Made by a program: the position numbers and the translations under genes. DNA of 64,000 nt from Mustelus asterias. Its lineage: Eukaryota. Shown piece after piece: positions 34,971 to 49,204 of this stretch (position 1 is the stretch's first letter; the number at the start of each line of letters is the position of its first letter). The stretch covers positions 40,920,001 through 40,984,000 of the forward strand of contig NC_135806.1 of the NCBI RefSeq assembly GCF_964213995.1, read 5' to 3'. A model generated the notes under the pieces. That model was not told the DNA's origin and ran no database searches. It worked only from the letters and a program-made list of their open reading frames with translations.

Positions 34971-36007
34971 TCAAAGTCTCAAGGCACCGATTCAATTTGG
35001 GAAAAGAACTCCAGTTATTGAAGCTACAATGCACCTCCTTTTTAAGAGGTACCGACTGCCTTTAAGCAACACTAGCGTTCTGACATTGGGCCTTCCAGCT
35101 GATGCCAATAAACAGCTGATTGCATGTGGAAATTGTTTTAAAGAGCAGGCAGCACAAATTGAACGTGCTTCTTGGAAAGCCATGAGAGGGAGTGATTTAC
35201 TCACACACTGTGATCCATGATGCCCATTTTCAGGCCTAATCCAAGTTCACCTTAGATGAATGTAGAAGATCTGACAAATTTTGAAGAAGTGCAGGGATAT
35301 TCTCCACATTGACCTGGCCAATATTTATCCCTCAACAAGCCTTACTAAAACAGATTATCTGGTGACTATCTCGATGTTGCTTGTTGGATCCTGCTGTACA
35401 CAAATTAAATTCAGTGCAGAAGAGACCATTCAGCCCATCATGTCTGCATTGACTCCCTGACAGAGTATCTTACCCAGGCCCTCGCCCTGCCATAGCCCCA
35501 CACATTTACCATGGCTAATCCATCTAACCTATAAATTAGTTGCCACATTTCCCATAATACAAGTGTCAAGGTTTTAAAAGTACTTCACTGATGAGGAAGA
35601 TCTTCAAGACACCCGGGGATTGTGAAAGGCATTATACAAACTTAAGTTCTTTCTTTTATATAAATACAAGTATTACCTTTTTAAAAAATTTAATTTATTT
35701 CACTGGATGAAATGTGGTTTATAATGCAGACTGCCTCTTGGGAACAAGTCCTTATCATCAGGATTTCCTCTTCTGCATAGTCTCAGGATGATTGCAACAG
35801 CATGTATTGGTGGGAACTGTTTTCTTTGCTTTTACTAGCACTGCACACAAACCTCTTACATGTTGGCATAACACAAAATCCTCGAGCAGCATGCTACTTA
35901 GAAATGTTACAACTTCCACTGACCTTACCACCCACACAGTGTTTGAAAATTCTAGAAATCCCTGAAATTCTTATCAAGCATGAAAATAATATTGACATTA
36001 ATGAGAG

Positions 36008-36410
36008 AAAGGGCTTGCATTTATATAGCGCATTTTGCATTTGCTAGATGTCTAAAGCACTTCACAGCCAATGAGGTACATTTGGAGTGTAGATACTATT
36101 GCAATTCTAGAAATCTGGTGGCCAATATGTATGCAAAATCCCATAAACAATCACGTGATTAATGACGAGTGAATCCGTTTTAAGAAATGTTGAGGAATAA
36201 ACACTCTAACCTTGTCTTTCTTTAAACTGTGCATGGGAATCTACTGCCAGCATCTGAGCTGGAAGATGGCATATTGATTTAACATCTCATCTGAAAGACA
36301 GCACCTCTGACCGTGTACCGACCCTTCAGTAATGCACTGAAGTGTCAGAATTGATTATGTACCCAAGACTGTGGGCTTTGAATCCACAATGAATCCACGG
36401 AGCCAAGATT
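36008..36410 (-). mobile_element. Deu-domain SINE, old
   Basis: TTTAACATCTCATCTGAAAGACAGCACCTCTGAC..AATGCACTGAAGTGTCAG and tail CTTGCATTTATATAGCGC. Confidence 0.65.
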
Positions 36411-37466
36411 GTCACCACAAAATTTAGCAAGTTAATTTAATAATTCAGAAACATCTATTGTAACTAAATGCTAATAATTAGAAAAATATCTGTCACATAC
36501 TTGGCTAATGGTATAAGTTTTGAATGGATGGATATGTTAGCAACGAATTGGGAACACTGACCATTTCATAAGTTCCCATTGTGCACCCTTGCTGCATGAG
36601 TCCGTGAATGGCAATGTTAAAAAATAAAACCTGCCTTAATACGAGGTAAATTTTTTCGGCTGACAAAGGATGCTCTCACTTTAATACACATTTGCATTTC
36701 ATTTGTGGCAGAAAATTACTGTTCCTTTTTATCTTGCTGCAGACAAATCAGAATAGGAATGCAGATTCCATTATGCAGACACTAAGAAGGCTTTGACCTA
36801 TTATGTGGATGGAACAAAAAGCTTTTTGTAAAGCTCTTCAATGTTGTCTTACGGGTCATACAATTTAATGCTCCCATTTCTAAATAAGGATTAATGAAAT
36901 AGCTGGTTCAATGTAGCCTGCATTGGTATCATGTGGCAAGGATGCTATGGGTGAGACTAAGGGTCATTCGACTGGTTCTCTGTAGATTGTTGGAGCATCA
37001 TTTCAGGTTGTGCCTTAAGCTACTTCCCTTCTATTAAATAAAGGTGGGGAGTAAATTATTATTACCAGGATAACTGCGACCACAATATTACATTCATCAA
37101 CAGTCTCACTTTTACTTCCTTCTGTTACTGACCATTCATATCCTTTTGGCCAGAATGCAAAAATAAAAGCCACCACAAAATAAACATTCATACCAAGCTT
37201 ATAAATGCCAGATTGCAAAGACAAGCCAACTCATCACTCCTGTGCATTCCTTTAGTTCCTTCTGTTTTTAAAAATCTGGTTCAGAGCTCCAATGCACTGA
37301 TGGTGCAGTGGCTGCACAGTGGCTAGTGGAAGGCTGCTGAATTTCTGTAGGGGAGACTGCAAATGGCCTTGGAACATGCACTCAAGAAGCTCAGGTCCCA
37401 GAAGGCCTGACTGAGGACTGCATGAACAGTAGCAGCATGATCCAGCTGGCTGACAGGCCAAGGCAC

Positions 37467-40400
37467 TGATTTGGTTTGATTTGATTTGATTTATTATTGT
37501 CACATGTATTAGTAGATAGTGAAAAGTATTGTTTTTTGCGCACTATACGGACAAAGCATACCATACATAGAGAAGAAAAAGAGAGAGTGCAGAATCCAGT
37601 GTAACAGCTAGGGGGTAGAGAAAGATCAGCTTAACACGAGGTAGGTCCTTTCAAAAGTCTGATGGCAGCAGGGAAGAAGTTGTTCTTGAGTCAGTTGGTA
37701 CGCGTCCTCAGACTTTTGTATCTTTTTCCTGACAGAAGAAGGTGGAAGAGAGTATGTTTGGGGTGTGTGGGGTCCTTGGTTATGCTGGCTGTTTGTCCGA
37801 GGCAGTGGAAAGTATAGACAGAGTCAATGGATGGGAGGCTGGTTTGCGTGATGGACTGGGCTTTGTTCATGACCCTTTGTAGTTTATTGCGGTCTTGGGC
37901 AGAGCAGGAGCCATACCAAGCCGTTATACAACCAGAAAAAATGCTTTCTATGGTGCATCTGTAAAAGTTAGTGAGAGTCGTAGTGGACATGCCAAATTTC
38001 CTTAGCCTCCTGAGAAAGTAGAGGTGTTTGTGGGCTTCTTAACCATAGCATCGGCATGGAGGGACCAGGACAGGTTGTTGGCGATCTGGACACCTAGAAA
38101 CTTGAAGCTCTTGACCATTTCCACTTCATCTCCATTGATGTAGACAGGGCATGGCCTCCACTGCGCTTCCTGAAGTCAATGACTATCTTCTTCATTTTGT
38201 TGACATTGAGGGAGAGATTATTGTCACCGCACCAGTTCACCAGATTCTCTATCTCATTCCTGTACTCTGTCTCGTCATTGTTTGAGATCTGAAACACTAT
38301 AGTGATGTCATCAGCAAAATCGAATTGGAGGGGAATTTGGCCACACAGTCATAGGTGTATGAGTGTATAGTAAGGGGCAGAGGACACAGCCTTGAGGTGT
38401 TGAGGATGATTGCGAAGGAGGTATCACAATCTTTACTGATTGCGGTCTGTGGATTAGGAAGTCTAGGATCCAGTCGCAGAGGGAGGAGCAAAGCCCCAGG
38501 CCACAGAGTTTGGAGATGAGTTTTGCAGGAATAATGGTGTTGAAGGCTGAGCTGTAGTCAATAAATAGGAGTCTGACAGAGGTGTCTTTGTTATCTAGGT
38601 GTTCCAGGTTGAGTGCAGGGCCAGGGAGATGGCGTCTGCTGTGGACCTGTTGCGGCAATAGGTGAACTATAGTGGATCCAGGCAATCTGGGAGGCCAGAA
38701 TTGATCTGTGCCATGAGTAACCTTTCGAAGCACTTCATAATGATGGATGTCAGAACCACCGGACGATAGTCATTAAGGCACACTGTCTGGCTTTTCTTTG
38801 GTACCGGGAAGATGGTCGTCTTCTTGAAGCAGATAAGAACATAAGAACTAGGAGTAGGAGTAGGCCATCTGGCCCCTCGGGCCTGCTCCACCATTCAATA
38901 AAATCATGGCTGATCTTTTTGTGGACTCAGCTCCACTTACCTGCCCGCTCAGCATAACCCTTAATTCCTTTACTGTTCAAAAATTTATCTATCCTTGCCT
39001 TAAAAACATTCAATGAGGTAGCCTCAACTGCTTCACTGGGCAGGGAATTCCACAGATTCACAACCCTTTGTGTAAAGAAGTTCCTCCTCAACTCAGTCCT
39101 AAATCTGCTTCCCTTTATTTCTAGTTCTAGTTTCACCCACCAGTGGAAACAACTTCCCTGCATCTATCTTATCTATTCCCTTCATAATTTTATATGTTTC
39201 GAAAAGATCTCCCCTCATTCTTCTGAATTCCAATGAATATAGCCCCAGTCTACTCAGTCTCTCCTCATAAGCCAACCCCCTCAACTCCAGAATCAACCTA
39301 GTGAGTCTCCTCTGCACCCCCTCCAGTGCCAGTATATCCTTTCTCAAGTAAGGAGACCAAAACTGTACACAGTACTCCAGGTGTGGCCTCACCAGCACCT
39401 TATACAGCTGCAACATAACCTTGCTGTTTTTAAACTCCATCCCTCTAGCAATAAAGGACAAATTCCAATTTGCCTTCTTAATTATCTGCTGCATCTGCAA
39501 ACCAACTCCTTGAGATTCCTGCACAAGGACACCCAGATCCCTCTGCACAGCAGCATGCTGCAATTTTTTACCATTTAAATAATAGTCCATTTTGCTGTTA
39601 TTCCTACCAAAATGGATAACCTCATATTTACCAACATTGTACTCCATCTGCCAGACCCTTACCCACTCACTTAGACTATCTATATCCCTTTGCAGACTTT
39701 CAGCGTCCTCTGCACACTTTGCTCTGCCACCCATCTTAGTGTTATCTGTGAATTTTGACACACTACACTTGGTCCCCAACTCCAAATCATCTATGTAAAT
39801 CGCAAACAATTGCGGTCCCAACACTGATCCCTGAGGCTCACCACTGGTCACTGATCGCCAACCAGAAAAACACTCATTTACCCCCACTCTTTGTTTTCTG
39901 TTAGTTAACCAATCCTCTATCCATGCTAATACATTACCCATAACACCGTGCACTTTTATCTTATGCAGCAGTCTTTGGTGCGGCACCTTGTCAAATGCCT
40001 TCTGAAAATCCAGATACATCACATCCACAGGTTCCTCATTGTCTACTGCACATGTAATGTTCTCAAAGAATTCCACCAAATTAGTCAAACATGACCATCC
40101 CTTCATGAACCCATGCTGCATCTTACCAATGGGACAATTTATATCCAGATGTCTCGCTATTTCTTCCTTGATGATAGATTCAAGCATTTTCCCTACTACA
40201 GAAGTTAAGCTAACCGGCCTATAGTTACCTGCCTTTTGTCTACCTCCTTTTTTAAACAGTGGCGTCACATTTGCTGTTTTCCAATCTGAGAGTCCAGCAA
40301 ATTTTGGTAAATTACCACTAGTGGATTTTCTATTTCTCCCGCCATCTCTTTTAGTACCATGGGATGCATTCCATCAGGACCAGGAGACTTGTCTACCTTT

Positions 40401-41330
40401 AGCTCCATTAACTTGCCCAACACTACCTCTTTCGTGATAATGATAGTTTCTAGGTTCTCACCTGCCAATAGCCTTCCTGTCATCACTTTTTGGCATGTTA
40501 TTTGTGTCTTCCACTGTGAAGACTGACACAAAATACCTGTTCAATGCCTCAGCCATTTTCTCATTTCCAGTTATTACATCTTCCTTCTCATCCTCTAAAG
40601 GACCAATGTTTACTTTAGCCACTCTTTTTCGTTTTATATATTTGTAGAAACCTTTGCTATCTGTTTTTATATTCTGAGCTAGTTTACTCCCATAATTCAT
40701 CTTACTTTTTTATAGCTTTTTTCGTGGCTTTCGACTGACCTTTAAAGATTTCCCAATCCGCTAGGTTCCCACTAATCTTTGCCACTTTGTATGCCTTTTC
40801 TTTCAATTTGATACCCTCCTTTATTTCCTTAGATATCCATGGCTGATTATCTCTTTTTCTTCAGTCCTTCCTTATCACTGGTATATACTTTTGGTGAGCA
40901 CTGTGAAAGATCGCTTTGAAAGTCCTCCACTGTTCCTCAATTGTCCCACCATAAAGTTTTTGCTCCCAGTCTACCTTAGCCAACTCCTCCATTATCCCTT
41001 TGTAGTCTCCTTTGTTTAAGCACAAGACACTGGTATTAATAGGGACCTCAGATTGGTGTAAAGAGAGGTTAAAGATGTCTGCAAATACCCTTGCCAGCTG
41101 GTCCATGCAGGATCTGAGTGCTTATCCAGGTACCCCGTCTGGGCCAGTCGCTTTCTGTGGGATGACCTTCGAGAAGGCTGCTCTGACTTCTGCGATGGTG
41201 AACTTGGATACAGGTTCGGCCGAGGCTTCCGGGGTGGATGACGTCCTCTCACTGACCTCTTGCTCAAAACGGGCCTAGAATGTGTTGAGCTCATCAGGAA
41301 GGGGGTGCATTGGTGCCGGCGACTTTACAT
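37467..41330 (-). mobile_element. Rex1/Babar-clade LINE, split by a CR1 insertion
   Basis: [73 protein letters not shown]; (ATCAA)n tail at 37467-37492; segments 37467-38833 and 41038-41330. Confidence 0.88.
38834..41037 (-). mobile_element. 5'-truncated CR1 LINE (2.2 kb)
   Basis: ORF 39099-40268 covers the RT (NYRPVSLTS, YLDFQKAFDKVPH, PQGSVLGP); (TTCTTATG)n tail. Confidence 0.95.
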
Positions 41331-41732
41331 TGTCTGAGACTGCCTCATCATTGACTGAGGACTCCATTTTTATTTTTTAAAATCAGGGCACCAGTTTTAA
41401 AGATCTTTTGTAACTCCATTGCCGGCGGGGCTGGGCTCAATCAACTGGGATCGCTGCATAACTTTCTTTTTGTATTATGCACCTAAACACACTGTGGAGG
41501 ATGCCACCCTCGGGGCCGACAGCTTTCACCCGGCTTTCCAGACCGCTGAGCCACTTTGCCAAAAAAATGAGAAAATTCCACCCAATGCTTTTACTTCATT
41601 GGAGGAAATTTCTGAATGAAGTACTGGGTGTCAGACTAGTGTTCCATCAATTGGAGACAGTGGGCAGGCTGAGGGAGGTGGTAGTGAGATAAAGCTGTGT
41701 GTCATTAGAATACATGTGGAAACTGACACAAT

Positions 41733-44700
41733 GGGCTGAATTCTCCCATCTCGCCCACAGCGGGTTTAGTGTTGGGTGGGAGTGGAGAATCTAGTGGGAA
41801 GCAAGCCCACCAGTGTAAAATCATAGAACATAGAAAAAATACAGCACAAACAGGCCCTTCGGCCCACAAGTTGCGCCGGTCATGTCCCTACCTACCTAGG
41901 CTTATATATAGGCTTATCTATAACCCTCAATCCTATTAAGTCCCATGTACTCATCCAGAAGTCTCTTAAAAGACCCTATCGAGTTTGCCTCCACCACCAC
42001 TGACGGCAGCCAATTCCACTCACCCACCATCCTCTGAGTGAAAAACTTACCTCTGACATCTCCTCTGTACCTACTCCCCAGCATCTTAAACCTGTGTCCC
42101 CTCGTAGCAGCCATTTCAGCCCTGGGAAAAAGCCTCCGAGAATCCACCCAATCTATACCTCTCAACATCTTGCACACCTCTATCAGGTCACCTCTCATCC
42201 TTCGTCTCTCCAAGGAGAAAAGACCGAGCTCCCTCAGCCTATCCTCATAAGGCATGCCAACCAATCCAGGCAACATCCTTGTAAATCTTCTCTGCACCCT
42301 TTCAATCATTTCCACATCCCTCCTGTAATGAGGCGACCAGAATTGAGCACAGTACTCCAAGTGGGGTCTGACGAGGGTCTTATAAAGCTGCATCATTATC
42401 TCCCGACTCTTAAACTCAATCCCTCGATTGATGAAGGCCAGCACACCATATGCCTTCTTAACCACCTCCTCTACCTACGAGGCTGATTTAAGAGTCCTAT
42501 GGACCCGGACCCCAAGGTTCTTCTGATCCTCTACACTGCTAAGAGTCTTACCCTTGATATTATACTCCTTCATCCCATTTGACCTGCCAAAATGGTCCAC
42601 TACACATTTATCCGGGTTGAAGTCCATCTGCCACTTCTCCGCCCAGTCTTGCATCCTATCTATGTCACGCTGCAGCTTCTGACATCCCTCCAACCTATCC
42701 ACAACACCACCAACCTTCGTATCGTCGGCAAACTTACCAACACGTCCCTCCACTTCCTCATCCAGGTCATTTATGAAAATGATAAACAGCAAGGGTCCCA
42801 GAACAGATCCCTGGGGCACTCCACTGGTGACCGACCTCCATTCAGAAAAAGATCCTTCTACAACCACTCTCTACCTTCTGCAGGCAAGCCACTTCTGAAT
42901 CCACAAGGCAACAGCCCCTTGAATCCCATGCCCTCTCACTTTCTCGAGAAGTCTTGCATGGGGGACCTTATCGAACGCCTTGCTGAAGTCCATGTAAACC
43001 ACATCTACCGCTTTTCCTTCATCAATGTGTTTGCTCACATTTTCAAAGAACTCCACCAGGCTAGTAAGGCACGATTTGCCTTTGACAAAGCCGTGCTGAC
43101 TACTTTTGAGCATACTAAACTTCTCTAAATGTTCATAAATCCTGTCCCTCAGGATCTTCTCCATCAACTTACCAACCACTGAGGTTAGACTCACTGGTCG
43201 GTAATTTCCTGGGCTTTCCCTATTCCCTTTCTTGAATATAGGAACCACATCCGCAATCCTCCAATCCTCCAGAACCTCTCCTGTCTCCATCGACGACGCA
43301 AAGATCATCGCCAGAGACTCTGCAATCTCTTCCCTCGCCTCCCACAGTAACCTGGGGTACATCCCATCCGGTCCTGGCGACTTATCTATCTTGATGCTAT
43401 TCAAAATTTCCAACACATCCTCTTTCTTAATGTCCACATACTCAATCTTTGCAGTCTGCCTCAATCCTGTAGTACAACCACCCAGGTCTTTTTCCACCGT
43501 GAATACCGAGGTAAAATATTCATTAAGTACCTCTGCTATTTCTTCCGGTTCTGTACAGACTTTCTCACCTTCACCTTTTATAGGTCCTATTCCTTCACAT
43601 CTCATCCTTTTACTCTTCACATATTTATAGAACGCCTTAGGGTTCTCCTTAAGCTTACCTGCCAAGGCCTTCTCGTGACCCCTTCTGGCTCTCCTAATTT
43701 CTTTCTTAAGTCCCTTCCTGCAAGCCGTATACTCATCTAGATCCCTATCATCGCCTAGCTCTCTGAACCTTTTGTACGCTTTCCTTTTCTTTTTGACTAG
43801 ATTCAGCGCAGCTTTTGTGCACCACAGTTCCCGTAACCTACCAACACCTCCCTGTCTCATCGGAACGTTGTCATGCAGAACTCCAGACAAACATTCCTTG
43901 AAAATCTGCCACCTTACTTCAGTACTTTTCCTCGAGAATGCCTCCTTCCAATTTACGCCTCTAATCTCCTGCCTGATGGCTTCATATTTCCCCTTACTCC
44001 AGATACACACTTTCCTAGCTTGCCTGATCCTATCTCTTTCCAATGCTAGCGTAAAGGAGATAGAGTTATGATCACTATCCCCAAGATACTCCCCCACTGA
44101 GAGATTCGACACCTGTCCAGGCTCATTTGCCAGTACCAGATCGAGTACAGCCTCTCCTCTTGTAGGCTTATCCACATGCTCTGTCAGGAAACCCTCCTGA
44201 ATACACCTAATAAACTCCTCCCCATCTAAACCCCTTACCCTAGGGATATTCCAATCGATGTTTGGGAAATTAAAGTCTCCCATCACGACAACCCTGTTAT
44301 TCCTACATCTCTCCAGGATCTGTTTCCCTATCTGCTCCTCAACATCCCTGTTACTATTGGGCGGCCTGTAGAAAACACCCAGCAAAGTTATCGACCCCTT
44401 CCCGCTCCGAACTTCCACCCACAGAGACTCCGTAGACAATCTCTCCACGGCTTCCACCTTCTCTACAGCTGTGACACTATCCCTGATCAGCAGTGCCACT
44501 CCCCCCCCTCCCTCTTTCGCCTTCCTCTCTGTCCTTTCTGAAACATCTGAAACCCGGCACCTGAAGTATCCAGTCCTGTCCCTGTCCCCAAGTCTCCGTA
44601 ATGGACCACATCACACTTCCAAGCATCGATCCACACTCTAAGCTCATCCACTTTATTCACTACACTCCTTGCGTTAAAATAGACACATCTCAAACCTTTG

Positions 44701-45281
44701 GTCTGAGCTCTCCCCTTCTCCGTCACCCGTCTATTCTCCCTCTTACACTGTGTACAATCCTTCTCTATTTGCGGGCTAACCTCCTCGCTCTCAGTCACCT
44801 CATCACGATTCCCTCCCCGCAACCTTTCTAGTTTAAAGTCTCCCCAAATCATGTTGTAATTCTCCCAATGGCGGGTTAATGGCAGGTCTGTTTTCCCACT
44901 GGCCGGTGGAGTGAACGCCATTTATGTTCATTTGCATCTCATGAACGCTCATTAAACAGCTGCCCCCTGGCATCCCATCAGGCCCTTCAATCTTATGTAA
45001 CCCCAGCAAGAAATTATATCAGCCTAAAACCTAATTGCTAAAGAGTGGCATGTACAAGGCAGCCCTTAGTTTGCAAGATACTTTGGGGTGAGTGCAACAT
45101 TGCCATTGTGCTACTCTATTCCTGATACACTGTACAACACTCCATTGGGGCAAACCGGATCCTGCCCTCCATCTGTATGCCAAGCTGGTGTTCATGGACA
45201 GCACTATGTTTGTGTGTGTTGCCATTATAGTAGCTCTTCCCACATTGCTGCCATTTCATAAGGGTGGTAAAATTCTGGCCC
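41733..45281. mobile_element. Harbinger-like TIR element interrupted by the 3-kb CR1
   Basis: Left terminus GGGCTGAATTCTCCC, candidate right terminus TAAAATTCTGGCCC; pairing of the two ends is uncertain. Confidence 0.35.
41822..44846 (-). mobile_element. Young CR1 LINE with nearly intact ORF2 (APE endonuclease + RT)
   Basis: ORFs 42871-44499, 42475-42867 and 41914-42465 are collinear; FYRPPNS, GDFNFP, LDLVL, SDHN, KFADDTK; TSD AAATCAT on both flanks. Confidence 0.95.
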
Positions 45282-45628
45282 TACATTCCAGCCTTGGGAA
45301 CATCCTGGATCCAGATCGAGGAGGTATGTCACATCACCATCCCCCCAGCTGCATTGTGATAATGTCTGTTGGAACGTAACTCCGGCAGTTCCTGTCTGAC
45401 CAGCAAAGTGAACAGAACTCCAGGCAAGAGCCTGCGCTGTCGACCATCCAGCAGAAAGAACTGGGATCCTCATCAGACTTGCCATATGCTGAAACCTCAG
45501 AACTTGTGCCTCCTGACTGACTCATTCTATGTGCCTTCTCCTATCATGCCAGCCTCCCTCTGGAAAGACAAAGCCTTTGAGAATCAACCAACCAACCTAT
45601 GGAACGAACATTCCAGGGAACACATGGG

Positions 45629-46643
45629 GGGGGCGATTTTCCCCAAAACATTAAATGCCAAATTCACGTAAAAACTGGAGGAAATGGTTTTTTCAGCGGT
45701 ATTTTCAAAATGAATCTCCCACACTCTGAGCACTGCAGAGTGCCCCAGAAAGATTCACGTTGAAAATACAGGGGTGGAGCCTATTCCCGCTGGAGAGGCC
45801 GGCCGCATAGCGCTGAGCGGGCCGATGCGCATGCGCCGATCTATCAGGTGGAGATTGGTGCAGGCAGTAGCCCCATACTGCCGGCCTCCCCATCACTGGC
45901 CAGTGATTAAGCTGCTAGCTCAATCACTAGCCAACCCTGCGTCCTTGCACAGCTGGCCATGCGACCCCTCCACCCCCCGATCGCTGGCCTCCCGGACCAA
46001 TGCGGGCCAGCCCTGATGTTCCCCGCCCCTGGGCAGTCCCAATCCCCCCCCCCCCCCCCCCCCCCCGACCCCAGCAGTCCCGACCCCCCACAGCAGCCCT
46101 CCACCCCCCCCCCACCTGGATGGCCACCCCCGATCACCCCCTTCCCTCCCTCTGTCACTGATCCCATCTGCAGAGTGGCAGTGGAACCCCCCCACTCCCA
46201 CCGATGCCCCCCCCATAAGCCCTGCCTCCAATAGGCCCTGCCCCCCTCTGGTCCTGCCCCTTGGCACTGCCTGATGCATGGTGGGCAGTGCCAAGGTGCC
46301 CCTTGGGCAGTGCCAAGGGGACAGGCTGGCAGTGCCAGCCTGGCACTGCCCAGGGGGCATACCCCTCACCCCTGACCTCCTAGGGGGGACATTCCTTCAC
46401 TCCAGCAGGGTCGGGTCGCCAGTTCCCTGTTGGGGAACAGTGGGGAGCTGTTGCAAATCCCCCTGGAGTGAACCACTCCCGGCGGGGGGGGGGGAGATGC
46501 TAGCGGGCCCAAGGACTGCAGTCCTGGGCCCGCTAATGATATTTAAATTGAAATTTAAATAAGGAAATTAGCTCCGCATGGGAAATCGGCACGGAGCTGA
46601 TGACTCCGCTGGAGCAGCGCAGTGGGCTGGGAAAATCACGCCC
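45629..46643. mobile_element. Harbinger-like non-autonomous element, GC-rich
   Basis: TIR GGGGGCGATTTTCCC / GGGAAAATCACGCCC; poly-C; TGGCACTGCC/GGCAGTGCCA repeats; palindrome GCTAAT..ATTTAAAT..ATTTAAAT..ATTAGC. Confidence 0.6.
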
Positions 46644-46659
46644 GTGATTCTGGACTCTG

Positions 46660-46880
46660 GACACATGTCACCCGGTACTTGTGTTTTTGTTGTGGATGTG
46701 ACCTGAACTCTCTTCCTCCTTTTTCCTTATCCCCTATTTATTGTCTGGGTATAAAAAGGGGTGGATGTTGCAAAACACTTCTTGGGGTATGTGTCTGTGT
46801 AGAAATAAAGCAACCCTTTTATTTTCATCTTAGCTCGAGCTTGCTGTGCAAGTTATTAACAGAGGATTGGAACATTTTCA
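46660..46880 (+). mobile_element. LTR-like fragment (3' half)
   Basis: TATAAAA at ~46750, AATAAA at ~46804, ends ...TTTTCA. Confidence 0.35.
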
Positions 46881-48262
46881 AATTGAAGGGTTGGGAAAAA
46901 TATGCCACCAGTTATAAAGGAAACCTTTATGTTTACAGACAGGTAGAGAGTGGGGAAATCAGGGCTGTTTAAATTAACCCTCCTCCAGTCCATGACAGTT
47001 CATTTCTTCTCCACAAAGACAGCATTGTCATAATGTCGATGTCCTCCTCATGCTCAGCATGCTTAGTGGTGGTTAGGTGAGCCCTGGAAAGGGCATCTGC
47101 TAAGTACGGTTCCTTACCACGTTTATAGATCACACTGAAGTTGTCACTGGAGCCTGAGCGTCATTCTCTGCAGACACGGTAAGCAATATGGAGGAGCTTT
47201 TAGAGAATGCCATTGAGCAGCTGGTGATCAGGTTCAACGGTGACAGGGCAGCCGTAAATGAAATTGTGAAATTTCTCTCAGGCAAAGACAAGGAGGAGGA
47301 GTTATTTCTCGATCGAGGCATAGCGTACTTCAGTGTCAGTGAGGGCTCCTGGTGCAATAGTCACTGGTCTGCCTTTCTGGGTGGACACTGCTCCAAGCTC
47401 ATGCTGAGACACATCTGCTGATAACGCTACTGGTTTGAACTTCAAAGTATTGTAACACTGGAGGGGCTGAAAGCAGGTCCTTGAGTCTGTTGAATTCACT
47501 GTGTGGTGCTCCTGCCAGCACCATTCCACATCCTAGTGGAGAAGTTGGCATAGGGGTGCAGTCACTTTGCTGTAGCAATTTGGATAGGTAATTTGCCATG
47601 CTGAGGAAGCGCTGCAGCATGGTCTGTCATCAGGAGTTGGTATTTTCCATATAGCCTTTGTCTTGTCTGGGTCTGGCTTCACACCGTTGGCAGTCAGCAG
47701 GTGGCCCACATAGAAGACTTCACTGACACTGAATTTGTATTTGGCAGGGTTGAACTTCAACTGTACGGTTCTGATTCTGTTAAGGACCAAATGCAGATGT
47801 TCATCATGCTCCTCCACTGTGTGCTCCCAAATTAGGATGTCATTAATGATGATTTTGCATGGTGGCCCTGCAATGAGCTGTTCCATGGACTTCTGAAAGA
47901 TCTCACTACCAGTGAAATACCATAAGCCAGGGCATGCACAGGAATCTGTATCTGCCCACTGGAGACATGAACGTCATGCACTTCAAGGATTCTTCATCAC
48001 GCAGGATTTGCTAAAATCCGCATTTTGCTTCCAAGATGCTGAAGACTTTGGCATTAGGCATGTCTGCAATGATCTGTACGACTGTCTTCATTAGACGTTG
48101 AGATCATAAGTGCTTTGTTAAGGTGAACTGGGTCAATACAGATTCTGACTGTGTCATCTTTCTTTACCGCAGTTACTTTCCTGGAGATCCATTCTGTGGC
48201 TTCGCCTATGACATCCAGTCTTGTCATTCGGCCTAGTTTGTCTATTATCTGCTGTTTTATGG

Positions 48263-49095
48263 TACAAAGAACAAAGAACAAAACAGCATAAGAACAGGCC
48301 CTTCGGCCCTCCAAGCCCGTGCCGCTCCCTGGTCCAAACTAGATCATTCTTTTGTATCCCTCCATTCCCACTCCGTTCATGTGGCTATCTAGATAAGTCT
48401 TAAACGTTCCCAGTGTGTCCGCCTTCACCACCTTGCCTGGCAGCGCATTCCAGGCCCCCACCACCCTCTGTGTAAAATATGTCCTTCTGATATCTGTGTT
48501 AAACCTCCCCCCCCTCACCTTGAACCTATGACCCCTCGTAAACGTCACCACCGACCTGGGGAAAAGCTTCCCACCGTTCACCCTATCTATGCCTTTCATA
48601 ATTTTATACACCTCTATTAGGTCACCCCTCATCCTCCGTCTTTCCAGTGAGAACAACCCCAGTTTACTCAATCTCTCCTCATAACTAAGCCCCTCCATAC
48701 CAGGCAACATCCTGGTAAACCTCCTCTGTACTCTCTCCAAAGCCTCCACGTCCTTCTGGTAGTGTGGCGACCAGAACTGGACGCAGTATTCCAAATGCGG
48801 CCGAACCAACGTTCTATACATCTGCAACATCAGACCCCAACTTTTATACTCTATGCCCCGTCCTATAAAGGCAAGCATGCCATATGCCTTCTTCACCACC
48901 TTCTCCACCTGTGACGTCACCTTCAAGGATCTGTGGACTTGCACACCCAGGTCCCTCTGCGTATCTACACCCTTTATGGTTCTGCCATTTATCGTATAGC
49001 TCCTCCCTACATTAGTTCTACCAAAATGCATCACTTCGCATTTATCAGGATTGAACTCCATCTGCCATTTCTTTGCCCCAATTTCCAGCCTATCT
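48263..49095 (-). mobile_element. Young 5'-truncated CR1 nested in the Gypsy
   Basis: Open frame KWQMEFNPDKCEVMHFG...; (TTCTTTG)n tail. Confidence 0.93.
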
Positions 49096-49204
49096 GTAAG
49101 GGGCATTGTTTTTGGAGCTAGCCATTTGGAGATACTGAACCATCCAACCTCATGTGATAGATAACAGGCAGGGGGGGACTGCACATGAAGTACTAAATTC
49201 AGGG

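Noticed and set aside
47188-47421. Protein-like ORF MEELLENAIEQLVIRF
   Set aside because: Antisense shadow of the Gypsy RNase H region
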